64,000 nt of DNA from Octopus vulgaris (lineage: Eukaryota): NCBI GenBank assembly GCA_951406725.2, contig OX597817.1, forward strand, positions 162,688,001 to 162,752,000. The letters run 5' to 3'. Positions 49,769 to 61,473 of this stretch are shown here, in pieces. The position numbers were made by a program, and so were the translations under genes. Numbering within the stretch: position 1 is the first letter of the stretch; the number at the start of each line of letters is the position of its first letter. A model generated the notes under the pieces. The model was not told where the DNA came from. It saw only the letters and a program-made list of their open reading frames with translations, and ran no database searches.

Positions 49769-49890
49769 TTATCCCATAGATTGTAAAAGAATCGCAGCTA
49801 AGTACTTTATTATGGCAAGGATGATTATCGCATAGTTGGGCATGCTGGTTCCTGCTGCGTTAGATCCAGAATCTTTTGTGGTTTCCATAT
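49769..49890 (-). CDS. Terminal coding exon of an unidentified minus-strand gene, encoding a GPI-anchor-like C-terminal signal
   Basis: Acceptor ttattttttgtcttttgcag|; phase-1 translation (D)METTKDSGSNAAGTSMPNYAIIILAIIKYLAAILLQSMG*: small-residue omega region, polar spacer, hydrophobic tail. Confidence 0.75.
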
Positions 49891-50339
49891 CTGCAAAAGA
49901 CAAAAAATAAACACATATACCTTTTGTTTTTAATAAAAAATAGTAATACCAACCTGTTTGAAACTGCTTTTGTTTCTATAGTACAAATTCTTTGTTTTAA
50001 AGAGATCTAAATATTTTTTATTTCATCTAGTTTCAGCTCACGAGCTGTGGCCATGCTGGGGCACCGCCATTAAAGTAAAAACTTTCCATCAAAACTTCAA
50101 ATAAACTTGTGTTTCAAACACTAGCTTAGCCATGACAAGGTCTTTTCCCTAAATTCTTTATTGTTTCCAAAATTTATTGAAACAAAGGCAATATATATTT
50201 CTTTACTACCCACAAGGGGCTAAACACAGAGGGGACAAACAAGGACAGACATAGGTATTAAGTCGATTACATCGACCCCAAATGGATCAGTCCATTGTTT
50301 ACCAGGGGCAGCATATAGATTTACACATTATTTAAATAG

Positions 50340-50590
50340 TGGAGGCGTGTGGCTTAGTGGTTAGGGTGACAGCATCATGATCGTAAGATTGTGGTTTCGA
50401 TTCCTGGACGGGGCGACGCGCTGTGTTCTTGAGCAAAACACTTCATTTCACATTGCTCCAGTCCACTCAGCTGGCAAAAATGAGTAACGCTGCGATGGAC
50501 TGGCGTCCTGTCCAGCTGGGGAATACATATGCCATAGAAATCGGAAAACCGGGCTCATGAGCCTGGCTAGGCTTTAAAAATGGCGCATTT
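50340..50590 (+). mobile_element. tRNA-derived SINE (family A-like head, family C-like tail)
   Basis: A box TGGCTTAGTGG, B box GTTTCGATTCC. Confidence 0.8.
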
Positions 50591-50814
50591 ATTTTTTCTT
50601 ATTATTTAAATATAATTAATTTCCTCATTATTCAAACAAAAAACTGAAACGTTCTTATTTATTAAATTCGTAACAAGTGTTATATAAGGATTTCCTGGCA
50701 TTCTTGTGTAATTAAATTTGGTGGCTCAAAATTTTAACATAACAATGAAAATGGCTGGTATAAAGAATTGTGAGGTGATAAAACAGTCAAGAAAATATTA
50801 AGGGCTATGGTGAA

Positions 50815-53097
50815 AGTAAATTAACCAAAACCCAAATCTCATGATAAAAATGAATAATTAGTAAATTATTGTTAATAATAATAATTAGTAAATTAACCAA
50901 AACCAAAATCTTATGATAAAAATGAATAATTAGTAAATTATTGTTAATAATAATAATTAGTAAATGAATAATTAGTAAATTAACCAAAACCAAAATCTCG
51001 TGATAAAAATGAATAATTAGTAAATTATTAATAATTAATAATAATTAGTAAATTAACCAAAACCAAAATCTTATGATAAAAATGAATAATTAGTAAATTA
51101 TATTTACTAATAATAATTGAGAGCTGGTGACAAAAGGCCTCTCGCTCAGAATAAAAGGCAGACTGTATGATGCATGTGTACGAACAGCCATGCTATATGG
51201 TAGTGAAACTTGGGCCGTGACTGCTGAGGACATGCGTAAGCTCGCAAGAAATGAAGCCAGTATGCTCCAATGGATGTGTAATGTTGGTGTTCATACTCGA
51301 CAGAGTGTAAGTACCTTGAGAGAAAAGTTGGACCTAAGAAGCATCAGTTGTGGTGTGCAAGAGAGACGTTTGCGCTGGTATGGTCATGTAGCGAGAATGG
51401 ATGAAGATAGCTGTGTGAAAAAGTGCCACACCCTAGCAGTTGAGGGAACCTGTGGAAGAGGTAGACCCAGGAAAACCTGGGACAAGGTGGTGAAGCACGA
51501 CCTTCGAATATTAGGTCTCACCGAGGAAATGACCAGAGACCGAAACCTTTGGAAGTATGCTGTGCATGAGAAGACCCGGCAGGACAAGTGAGACCATAAC
51601 CCGTGGCCTCTACCTAGGACGTAGCCAGCCCACTTATGCATACCTTTCCTTCTTGTGACACAAACCCTACTTGTGAAGACCTGTTGAGGCAAGTGAAAAT
51701 GAAAATAAAAATCAAAATCGATCAACATCAATAGAAATTGTAGCTGTGATACCAGTGCCGATAGCATGTAAGAGAACCATCTGAACGTGGTCATTGCCAG
51801 CGCCGCCCCGACTGGCCTCCATGCCAGTGGCACGTAAAATGCACCATCTGATTGTGGCTGCTGCCAGCCTCGACTGGCCCTCGTGCTGGTGGCACGTAAA
51901 AAGCAGCATCCGATTGTGGCCGTTTGCCAGCCTCGTCTGGCACCTGTGCAGATGGCACATAAAAAGCACCCACTACACTCATGGAGTGGTTGTTGTTAGG
52001 AAGGGCATCCAGCTGTAGAAACACTGCCAGATCAGACTGGGCCTGGCGCAGCCTTCTGGCTTCCCAGACCCCAGTTGAACCGTCCAACCCATGCTAGCAT
52101 AGAAAATGGACGTTAAACGATGATGATGATGATGAATAATTAGTAAATTAATGAAAACCAAAATCGTATGATAAAAATGAATAATTAGTAAATTATTATT
52201 AATAATAATAATTATTAATAATTAATAATAATTAGTAAATGAATAATTAGTAAATTAACCAAAACCAAAATCTCATGATAAAAATGAATAATTAGTAAAT
52301 TATTATTAATAATAATTATTATTAATAATTAATAATAATTAGTAAATGAATAATTAGTAAATTAACCAAAACCAAAATCTCATGATAAAAATGAATAATT
52401 AGTAAATTATTATTAATAATAATTATTATTAATAATTAATAATAATTAGTAAATGAATAATTAGTAAATTAACCAAAACCAAAATCTCATGATAAAAATG
52501 AATAATTAGTAAATTATTATTAATAATAATTATTATTAATAATTAATAATAATTAGTAAATGAATAATTAGTAAATTAACCAAAACCAAAATCTCGTGAT
52601 AAAAATGAATAATTAGTAAATTATTATTAATAATAATTATTATTAATAATTAATAATAATTAGTAAATGAATAATTAGTAAACTAACCAAAACCAAAATC
52701 GTATGATAAAAATGAATAATTAGTAAATTATTATTAATAATAATTATTATTAATAATTAATAATAATTAGTAAATTAACCAAAACCAAAATCTCATGATA
52801 AAAATGAATAATTAGTAAATTATTATTAATAATAATTATTATTAATTAATAATAATTAGTAAATGAATAATTAGTAAATTAACCAAAACCAAAATCTCAT
52901 GATAAAAATGAATAATTAGTAAATTATTATTAATAATAATTATTATTAATAATTAATAATAATTAGTAAATGAATAATTAGTAAATTAACCAAAACCAAA
53001 ATCTCATGATAAAAATGAATAATTAGTAAATTATTATTAATAATAATTATTATTAATAATTAATAATAATTAGTAAATGAATAATTAGTAAATTATC
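50815..53097. repeat. AT-rich minisatellite (main period 107 bp), interrupted by an RTE insertion
   Basis: aaccaaaaccaaaatctcatgataaaaatgaataattagtaaatt... recurs at 52257, 52364 and 52471; further arrays at 57183-58077 and 62164-63060. Confidence 0.95.
51126..52133 (+). mobile_element. 5'-truncated RTE LINE (intact ORF C-terminus + 3' UTR + (GAT)n tail)
   Basis: KGRLYDACVRTAMLYGSETW...RRLRWYGHV...GRGRPRKTW; links the many short (GAT)n-tailed copies to RTE. Confidence 0.92.
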
Positions 53098-54187
53098 CTG
53101 CATCTGATAGGATTATCTAGCATTGGTAAAGACAGTGGTTTCTGTCAATTTTTATTCTTAATAATATTTTTCTCTTTGAATTCTTCTTTCACAAACAAGA
53201 AACTGGAGAATGCAAATCCTTTCTATAGCAACTAAATAGTTCAAAAGATAGATGATCCTTGAGAATGAAGCTAACTAATCCATTCAGTCAAACAAAACAA
53301 AACAAAAAACTAATTCAAAAGAAATTTTTGAACTTGTTCAGTTACAAACTGTGATTTTGTTTAAATATTAGAAAAATATTTGCACCATTATTATTATTAT
53401 TATTATAGTCATTGCACAGTAAACAATATCATGAGGTTGTTGATTGAAAATATTGCTTAACAACAACCACAACAACAGCAGCAGAGGCAGGTGACCACTA
53501 GAGCTGCAAAAGCAACAGCAACATCTATCAAGCAACAACAAGAACAACAACAATGGCAAACAGAACAAAGAATTCACCAACATTTATGGTTTCCACACAG
53601 CGAACAGCAGCAAAAACAACATCAGAACACTCCAAAACAACAACTTTATCAATAGAACAACAACAAAAAGTCCTACAAATTTGTCCCTCACCTATCAGGG
53701 CAGCCAGGCGTGTCCTGCACTGGAATGGTGCTGACAAAAGAGTCTGAATGGCAAAAGGTCAACAGGTGAAACAACAACACAAAAATCTGACAGGTAGGAT
53801 CAGAGGTGGGAAACACCTTTGAAAACAAATTGACAAATATTTCCACCGACAGCAGTCACACTAGAGCCGTCAACAACAACAATGATCACTACCGTCGACA
53901 CCACCCTCACAAGCACAACCCAATTCACACACACAACTCTCAAATGTCTCAACACCAGCAAAGGTCAAACATTCTGAACTACACAGCAATAAACACAAAC
54001 AATAAAGACCCAAGGGGTCACACACATAACCATACAGACATCACACACACACCAACACACATAGGGGTCATCCAAACATCACAAGACTCAACACTGTAAA
54101 AGCTAAATATCCTGACGGAGTAGGGGCCTTTGGAAGAGACATCAATAAAAGACTATATAAAGAAACATCCATATATATATATATATA

Positions 54188-54605
54188 CCTATTTCGTTAC
54201 TACCCACAAGGGGCTAAACACAGAGGGGACAAACAAGGACAGACAAACGGATTAAGTCAATTACATCGACCCCAGTGCATAACTGGTACTTAATTTATCA
54301 ACCCTGAAAGGATGAAAGGCAAAGTCGACCTCGGCGGAATTTGAACTCAGAATGTAAAGACAGACGAAATACCTATTTCTTTACTACCTATAAGGGGCTA
54401 AACACAGAGAGGACAAACAAGGACAGACAAATGGATTAAGTCAATTACATCGACCCCAGTGCATAACTGGTACTTAATTTATCAACCCTGAAAGGATGAA
54501 AGGCAAAGTCGACCTCGGCGGAATTTGAACTCAGAATGTAAAGACAGACAAAATACCGCTAAGCATTTCGCCCGGAGTGCTAATGTCTCTGCCAGCTTGC
54601 CGCCT
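54188..54605 (-). mobile_element. SINE family D head-to-tail dimer (also 59168-59585)
   Basis: 184-bp internal period; flanked by gaaacatccatatata. Confidence 0.85.
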
Positions 54606-54704
54606 TGAAACATCCATATATACCAATGAGGACGGAACATCCATCCCCACAAAAGTACTGTGAGTAACCTTTTCTACTTCTGTAGTCTAACCCGATATGG
54701 CCTT

Positions 54705-55168
54705 GTTCAGAATAGGCAGTATAAATGCATGTGGCCTGAGTTGCCTTGGAAACAGGGTCATCTACTCAATGACCTCAGGTCACTAAGTGTTGATGTCGTG
54801 GCCATCAGTGAAACCAGACTTTCTGGCCATTTTCGGTAGATACACGACCTATTTATCTCCATGTCAACCAGGAATGCGAGGTGAAACTGCAGTGTTTTTC
54901 CAGAGAGGCCTATCTTCGTAGACCCTCAAGGTAAGTTGGTGATACTGGACATGAACAGTAGTGACAGGGGTGTCCTCAGACTGGTGGCTGTTTATGCTCT
55001 GACAGGAGCAAGACCTTTAATGTTAGTGGATGACTGAAATACTGTCTTAGAACCATGTTTGAATTATGTGGGGCTAGCAGATAGAAGAGTGGGTGTTAAT
55101 AGCCTCGCAAACCTGTTCAGTTATTTTCAACTATCTGACAGAAACTGACTGGGTTTCCCAGATGTGCC
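54705..55168 (+). mobile_element. Decayed APE endonuclease of an L1/Tx1-like LINE (also 59685-60148)
   Basis: IGSINACGL, LSVDVVAISETRL, DPQGKLVILD, RLVAVYA and LMLVDD*N motifs. Confidence 0.65.
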
Positions 55169-55548
55169 AATGTTGTTCGGTCTGTATGTACTGGAAAGTC
55201 CCACAGAATCGTTACATTTTCTCCTTCAGTTACAGCCTCAGGGTGGTGATTATACCACTTGTCGGCAGTTTTGATATTGTAATGCCGACTTATTAGCCAG
55301 TGTAGATATTGGCCAACTCTGTCATGTCTTAATTTATACTCCACTGGTGCTAAGACTTTACATCCAGAGATTAGGTGGTCCACTGTTTCAATCATGTCGT
55401 TGCAGAATCGGCATTTTGGGTCTGCTCCATTTTTCATCACATTGGCCTGGTAGTTCCGGGTTAATAGGCTTTGATCTTGAGCAGCCAGGATGAAACCTTC
55501 GCTCTCTGCTTTTAGCCCTGAGCTCCGTAGCCACTGATGGGTTTGCTT
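55169..55548 (-). mobile_element. R4/Dong-like non-LTR fragment: CCHC knuckle and start of the restriction-like endonuclease (also 60149-60528)
   Basis: LKAESEGFILAAQDQSL.TRNY, CRFC...ETVDHLISGC, Y..RHD, ILWDFPVHTDR. Confidence 0.8.
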
Positions 55549-55899
55549 ATTATTATTTGTGTCTGGAGCTTGTGGTCACATGTATGGAGCTCTATAAGTG
55601 ATGCCAACTGAGGTGGTGAGAATTGTCAGTAATAAGTAAACCCACCTTAGTTAAAATGTTTTTGACATATTTTCATTGCTAACGACAAATTCTTCACTGT
55701 TACCAAGGAGACAAAATTCTCTCTGATGGGAAAATGTGGGAAAACACCATATCTGCCCAGTGCTTCCCTCCAACAAAATGGTCTTCCACCATTTTTCACC
55801 TATGGACCCTTTTGCTTCCTATTTTACTCAGATGGACCCTCATAACTATTTCATGTTTTTAAAATCCTATTATATTTTTATAATCAAATATTATTAATA

Positions 55900-56061
55900 A
55901 AAAAGCACCCAGTACACTCACGGAGTGGTTGGCGTTAAGAAGGGCATCCAGCTGTAGAATGTAGAAACACTGCCAGATCAGACTGGAGCCTGATCCCCAG
56001 TCGAACCGTCCAACACATGCTAGCATGGAGAACGGACGTTAAATGATGATGATGATGATGA
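55900..56061 (+). mobile_element. Short RTE 3'-end copy inside a degenerate hAT-like MITE (~55770-56195); also 60881-61042
   Basis: (GAT)n tail; flanks carry ccatttttcacctatggaccc and ccagttgaaaaccc. Confidence 0.7.
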
Positions 56062-56264
56062 ATTATATTGAGAAAAGCTGATAAAATACATTATGTTCTG
56101 TAAGACTGTAACCAATTAATTGTGCATAAATTTTAACAACAAAACCCTATATTGACTCCCAACAGCTGTACTAACTCCAGTTGAAAACCCTTCCTCTAAT
56201 GGAATCCTCAACGGTAACCCTAAGTGGATTCAGAGCTGCATTTCCATCTAAAGACCGATCATTA

Positions 56265-56293
56265 TCAGTGACTGTGTTGCGCTAGTGAACTGC
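56265..56293 (-). CDS. Candidate alternative terminal mini-exon (G)SSLAQHSH* (second copy 61246-61274)
   Basis: Acceptor tgtttgttacaaccag| after a 142-nt intron from the 57-nt exon; phase-compatible; ends TGA TAA TGA. Confidence 0.4.
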
Positions 56294-56435
56294 CTGGTTG
56301 TAACAAACATTTAAAGAAATCAAAAACCTCAAAAACAGTGACTAAAACTTATGATTTAAGTAAAAGAAATAGAAGAAAGATTTAAGAATGAGGTTTCTAG
56401 TCACAAACGCTAAACGTGATAGGAAACCCACTTAC

Positions 56436-56492
56436 CAGGTCTGCTAGTAGCAGAAGATCCACCACAGCTTGTAATGTTTCCACATTCACCAC
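56436..56492 (-). CDS. 57-nt symmetric phase-1 internal exon (G)GECGNITSCGGSSATSRP, copy 1
   Basis: ttttttgttcttatag|GTGGTGAA...AGACCTG|gtaagt; open frame, multiple of 3, splices in frame to 49890. Confidence 0.75.
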
Positions 56493-56641
56493 CTATAAGA
56501 ACAAAAAATTTGGATATATTGCCTATTATAAAACTATAAGCAATTAATTAAACAGAAATTTTAGCAACAAAATCCCAAATTGACCCCCAGCAGCCATATC
56601 AACACTAGAAGCAAAGTACAGCTCTAGTGGACCCCCTGATT

Positions 56642-57020
56642 CTCTTACTCTTTTCAGTCATTTGACTGCGGCCATGCTGGAGCACTGCTTTTAGTCGAGC
56701 TAATCGACCCCAGGGCTTATTCTTTATACTTATTCTATTGGTCTCTTTTTGCCGAACGGCTAAGTTACGGGGACGTAAACACACCAGCATCGGTCGTCAA
56801 GCAACGTCGGGGGAACAAACATAGACACACAAACACATATATATACATATACATATATGCGACGGGCTTCTTTTCAGTTTCTGTCTACCAAATCCACTCA
56901 CAAGGCTTTGGTCGGCCTGAGGCTATAGTAGAAGACACTTGCCCAAGGTGCCACGCAGTGGGACTGAACCTGGAACCATGTGATTGGTAAGCAAGCTACT
57001 TTCTACACAGTCACTCCTGC
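56642..57020 (-). mobile_element. SINE family B flanked by ~115-bp direct repeats (also 61623-62001)
   Basis: Homologous to 12272-12651; flanks 56524-56641 and 57030-57147 are similar to each other. Confidence 0.85.
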
Positions 57021-60000
57021 ACCTTATAGTATTATAAAACTATAAGCAATTAATTAAACAGAAATTTTAGCAACAAAATCCTAAATTGACCCATAGCAGC
57101 CATACCAACACTAGAAGCATAGTACAGCTCTGGTGGACCCTCCGATTTGTATTTCTGGCTCATTAGCCTGCCTTAACCCTTTTAATAATTAATAATAATT
57201 AGTAAATTATTAATAATTAATAATAATTAGTAAATTAACCAAAACCAAAATCTCATGATAAAAATGAATAATTAGTAAATTATTATTAATAATAATTATT
57301 ATTAATAATTAATAATAATTAGTAAATGAATAATTAGTAAATTAACCAAAACCAAAATCTCATGATAAAAATGAATAATTAGTAAATTATTATTAATAAT
57401 AATTATTATTAATAATTAATAATAATTAGTAAATGAATAATTAGTAAATTAACCAAAACCAAAATCTCATGATAAAAATGAATAATTAGTAAATTATTAT
57501 TAATAATAATTATTATTAATAATTAATAATAATTAGTAAATGAATAATTAGTAAATTAACCAAAACCAAAATCTCATGATAAAAATGAATAATTAGTAAA
57601 TTATTATTAATAATAATTATTATTAATAATTAATAATAATTAGTAAATGAATAATTAGTAAACTAACCAAAACCAAAATCGTATGATAAAAATGAATAAT
57701 TAGTAAATTATTATTAATAATAATTATTATTAATAATTAATAATAATTAGTAAATTAACCAAAACCAAAATCTCATGATAAAAATGAATAATTAGTAAAT
57801 TATTATTAATAATAATTATTATTAATTAATAATAATTAGTAAATGAATAATTAGTAAATTAACCAAAACCAAAATCTCATGATAAAAATGAATAATTAGT
57901 AAATTATTATTAATAATAATTATTATTAATAATTAATAATAATTAGTAAATGAATAATTAGTAAATTAACCAAAACCAAAATCTCATGATAAAAATGAAT
58001 AATTAGTAAATTATTATTAATAATAATTATTATTAATAATTAATAATAATTAGTAAATGAATAATTAGTAAATTATCCTGCATCTGATAGGATTATCTAG
58101 CATTGGTAAAGACAGTGGTTTCTGTCAATTTTTATTCTTAATAATATTTTTCTCTTTGAATTCTTCTTTCACAAACAAGAAACTGGAGAATGCAAATCCT
58201 TTCTATAGCAACTAAATAGTTCAAAAGATAGATGATCCTTGAGAATGAAGCTAACTAATCCATTCAGTCAAACAAAACAAAACAAAAAACTAATTCAAAA
58301 GAAATTTTTGAACTTGTTCAGTTACAAACTGTGATTTTGTTTAAATATTAGAAAAATATTTGCACCATTATTATTATTATTATTATAGTCATTGCACAGT
58401 AAACAATATCATGAGGTTGTTGATTGAAAATATTGCTTAACAACAACCACAACAACAGCAGCAGAGGCAGGTGACCACTAGAGCTGCAAAAGCAACAGCA
58501 ACATCTATCAAGCAACAACAAGAACAACAACAATGGCAAACAGAACAAAGAATTCACCAACATTTATGGTTTCCACACAGCGAACAGCAGCAAAAACAAC
58601 ATCAGAACACTCCAAAACAACAACTTTATCAATAGAACAACAACAAAAAGTCCTACAAATTTGTCCCTCACCTATCAGGGCAGCCAGGCGTGTCCTGCAC
58701 TGGAATGGTGCTGACAAAAGAGTCTGAATGGCAAAAGGTCAACAGGTGAAACAACAACACAAAAATCTGACAGGTAGGATCAGAGGTGGGAAACACCTTT
58801 GAAAACAAATTGACAAATATTTCCACCGACAGCAGTCACACTAGAGCCGTCAACAACAACAATGATCACTACCGTCGACACCACCCTCACAAGCACAACC
58901 CAATTCACACACACAACTCTCAAATGTCTCAACACCAGCAAAGGTCAAACATTCTGAACTACACAGCAATAAACACAAACAATAAAGACCCAAGGGGTCA
59001 CACACATAACCATACAGACATCACACACACACCAACACACATAGGGGTCATCCAAACATCACAAGACTCAACACTGTAAAAGCTAAATATCCTGACGGAG
59101 TAGGGGCCTTTGGAAGAGACATCAATAAAAGACTATATAAAGAAACATCCATATATATATATATATACCTATTTCGTTACTACCCACAAGGGGCTAAACA
59201 CAGAGGGGACAAACAAGGACAGACAAACGGATTAAGTCAATTACATCGACCCCAGTGCATAACTGGTACTTAATTTATCAACCCTGAAAGGATGAAAGGC
59301 AAAGTCGACCTCGGCGGAATTTGAACTCAGAATGTAAAGACAGACGAAATACCTATTTCTTTACTACCTATAAGGGGCTAAACACAGAGAGGACAAACAA
59401 GGACAGACAAATGGATTAAGTCAATTACATCGACCCCAGTGCATAACTGGTACTTAATTTATCAACCCTGAAAGGATGAAAGGCAAAGTCGACCTCGGCG
59501 GAATTTGAACTCAGAATGTAAAGACAGACAAAATACCGCTAAGCATTTCGCCCGGAGTGCTAATGTCTCTGCCAGCTTGCCGCCTTGAAACATCCATATA
59601 TACCAATGAGGACGGAACATCCATCCCCACAAAAGTACTGTGAGTAACCTTTTCTACTTCTGTAGTCTAACCCGATATGGCCTTGTTCAGAATAGGCAGT
59701 ATAAATGCATGTGGCCTGAGTTGCCTTGGAAACAGGGTCATCTACTCAATGACCTCAGGTCACTAAGTGTTGATGTCGTGGCCATCAGTGAAACCAGACT
59801 TTCTGGCCATTTTCGGTAGATACACGACCTATTTATCTCCATGTCAACCAGGAATGCGAGGTGAAACTGCAGTGTTTTTCCAGAGAGGCCTATCTTCGTA
59901 GACCCTCAAGGTAAGTTGGTGATACTGGACATGAACAGTAGTGACAGGGGTGTCCTCAGACTGGTGGCTGTTTATGCTCTGACAGGAGCAAGACCTTTAA

Positions 60001-61416
60001 TGTTAGTGGATGACTGAAATACTGTCTTAGAACCATGTTTGAATTATGTGGGGCTAGCAGATAGAAGAGTGGGTGTTAATAGCCTCGCAAACCTGTTCAG
60101 TTATTTTCAACTATCTGACAGAAACTGACTGGGTTTCCCAGATGTGCCAATGTTGTTCGGTCTGTATGTACTGGAAAGTCCCACAGAATCGTTACATTTT
60201 CTCCTTCAGTTACAGCCTCAGGGTGGTGATTATACCACTTGTCGGCAGTTTTGATATTGTAATGCCGACTTATTAGCCAGTGTAGATATTGGCCAACTCT
60301 GTCATGTCTTAATTTATACTCCACTGGTGCTAAGACTTTACATCCAGAGATTAGGTGGTCCACTGTTTCAATCATGTCGTTGCAGAATCGGCATTTTGGG
60401 TCTGCTCCATTTTTCATCACATTGGCCTGGTAGTTCCGGGTTAATAGGCTTTGATCTTGAGCAGCCAGGATGAAACCTTCGCTCTCTGCTTTTAGCCCTG
60501 AGCTCCGTAGCCACTGATGGGTTTGCTTATTATTATTTGTGTCTGGAGCTTGTGGTCACATGTATGGAGCTCTATAAGTGATGCCAACTGAGGTGGTGAG
60601 AATTGTCAGTAATAAGTAAACCCACCTTAGTTAAAATGTTTTTGACATATTTTCATTGCTAACGACAAATTCTTCACTGTTACCAAGGAGACAAAATTCT
60701 CTCTGATGGGAAAATGTGGGAAAACACCATATCTGCCCAGTGCTTCCTCTCCAACAAAATGGTCTTCCACCATTTTTCACCTATGGACCCTTTTGCTTCC
60801 TATTTTACTCAGATGGACCCTCATAACTATTTCATGTTTTTAAAATCCTATTATATTTTTATAATCAAATATTATTAATAAAAAAGCACCCAGTACACTC
60901 ACGGAGTGGTTGGCGTTAAGAAGGGCATCCAGCTGTAGAATGTAGAAACACTGCCAGATCAGACTGGAGCCTGATCCCCAGTCGAACCGTCCAACACATG
61001 CTAGCATGGAGAACGGACGTTAAATGATGATGATGATGATGAATTATATTGAGAAAAGCTGATAAAATACATTATGTTCTGTAAGACTGTAACCAATTAA
61101 TTGTGCATAAATTTTAACAACAAAACCCTATATTGACTCCCAACAGCTGTACTAACTCCAGTTGAAAACCCTTCCTCTAATGGAATCCTCAACGGTAACC
61201 CTAAGTGGATTCAGAGCTGCATTTCCATCTAAAGACCGATCATTATCAGTGACTGTGTTGCGCTAGTGAACTGCCTGGTTGTAACAAACATTTAAAGAAA
61301 TCAAAAACCTCAAAAACAGTGACTAAAACTTATGATTTAAGTAAAAGAAATAGAAGAAAGATTTAAGAATGAGGTTTCTAGTCACAAACGCTAAACGTGA
61401 TAGGAAACCCACTTAC

Positions 61417-61473
61417 CAGGTCTGCTAGTAGCAGAAGATCCACCACAGCTTGTAATGTTTCCACATTCACCAC
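61417..61473 (-). CDS. 57-nt symmetric phase-1 internal exon, copy 2
   Basis: Identical to 56436-56492, including both splice sites. Confidence 0.7.

Noticed and set aside
52135-53097. Regular repeats as a CRISPR-like array
   Set aside because: No unique spacers, eukaryotic context and no cas genes; it is a minisatellite
53407-54150. CAA-rich ORFs and a possible 52-nt minus-strand exon near 53692-53743
   Set aside because: Low-complexity sequence starting at a (TTA)n tract, probably retroelement-derived; the 52-nt candidate would shift the frame between the 57-nt exon and the terminal exon
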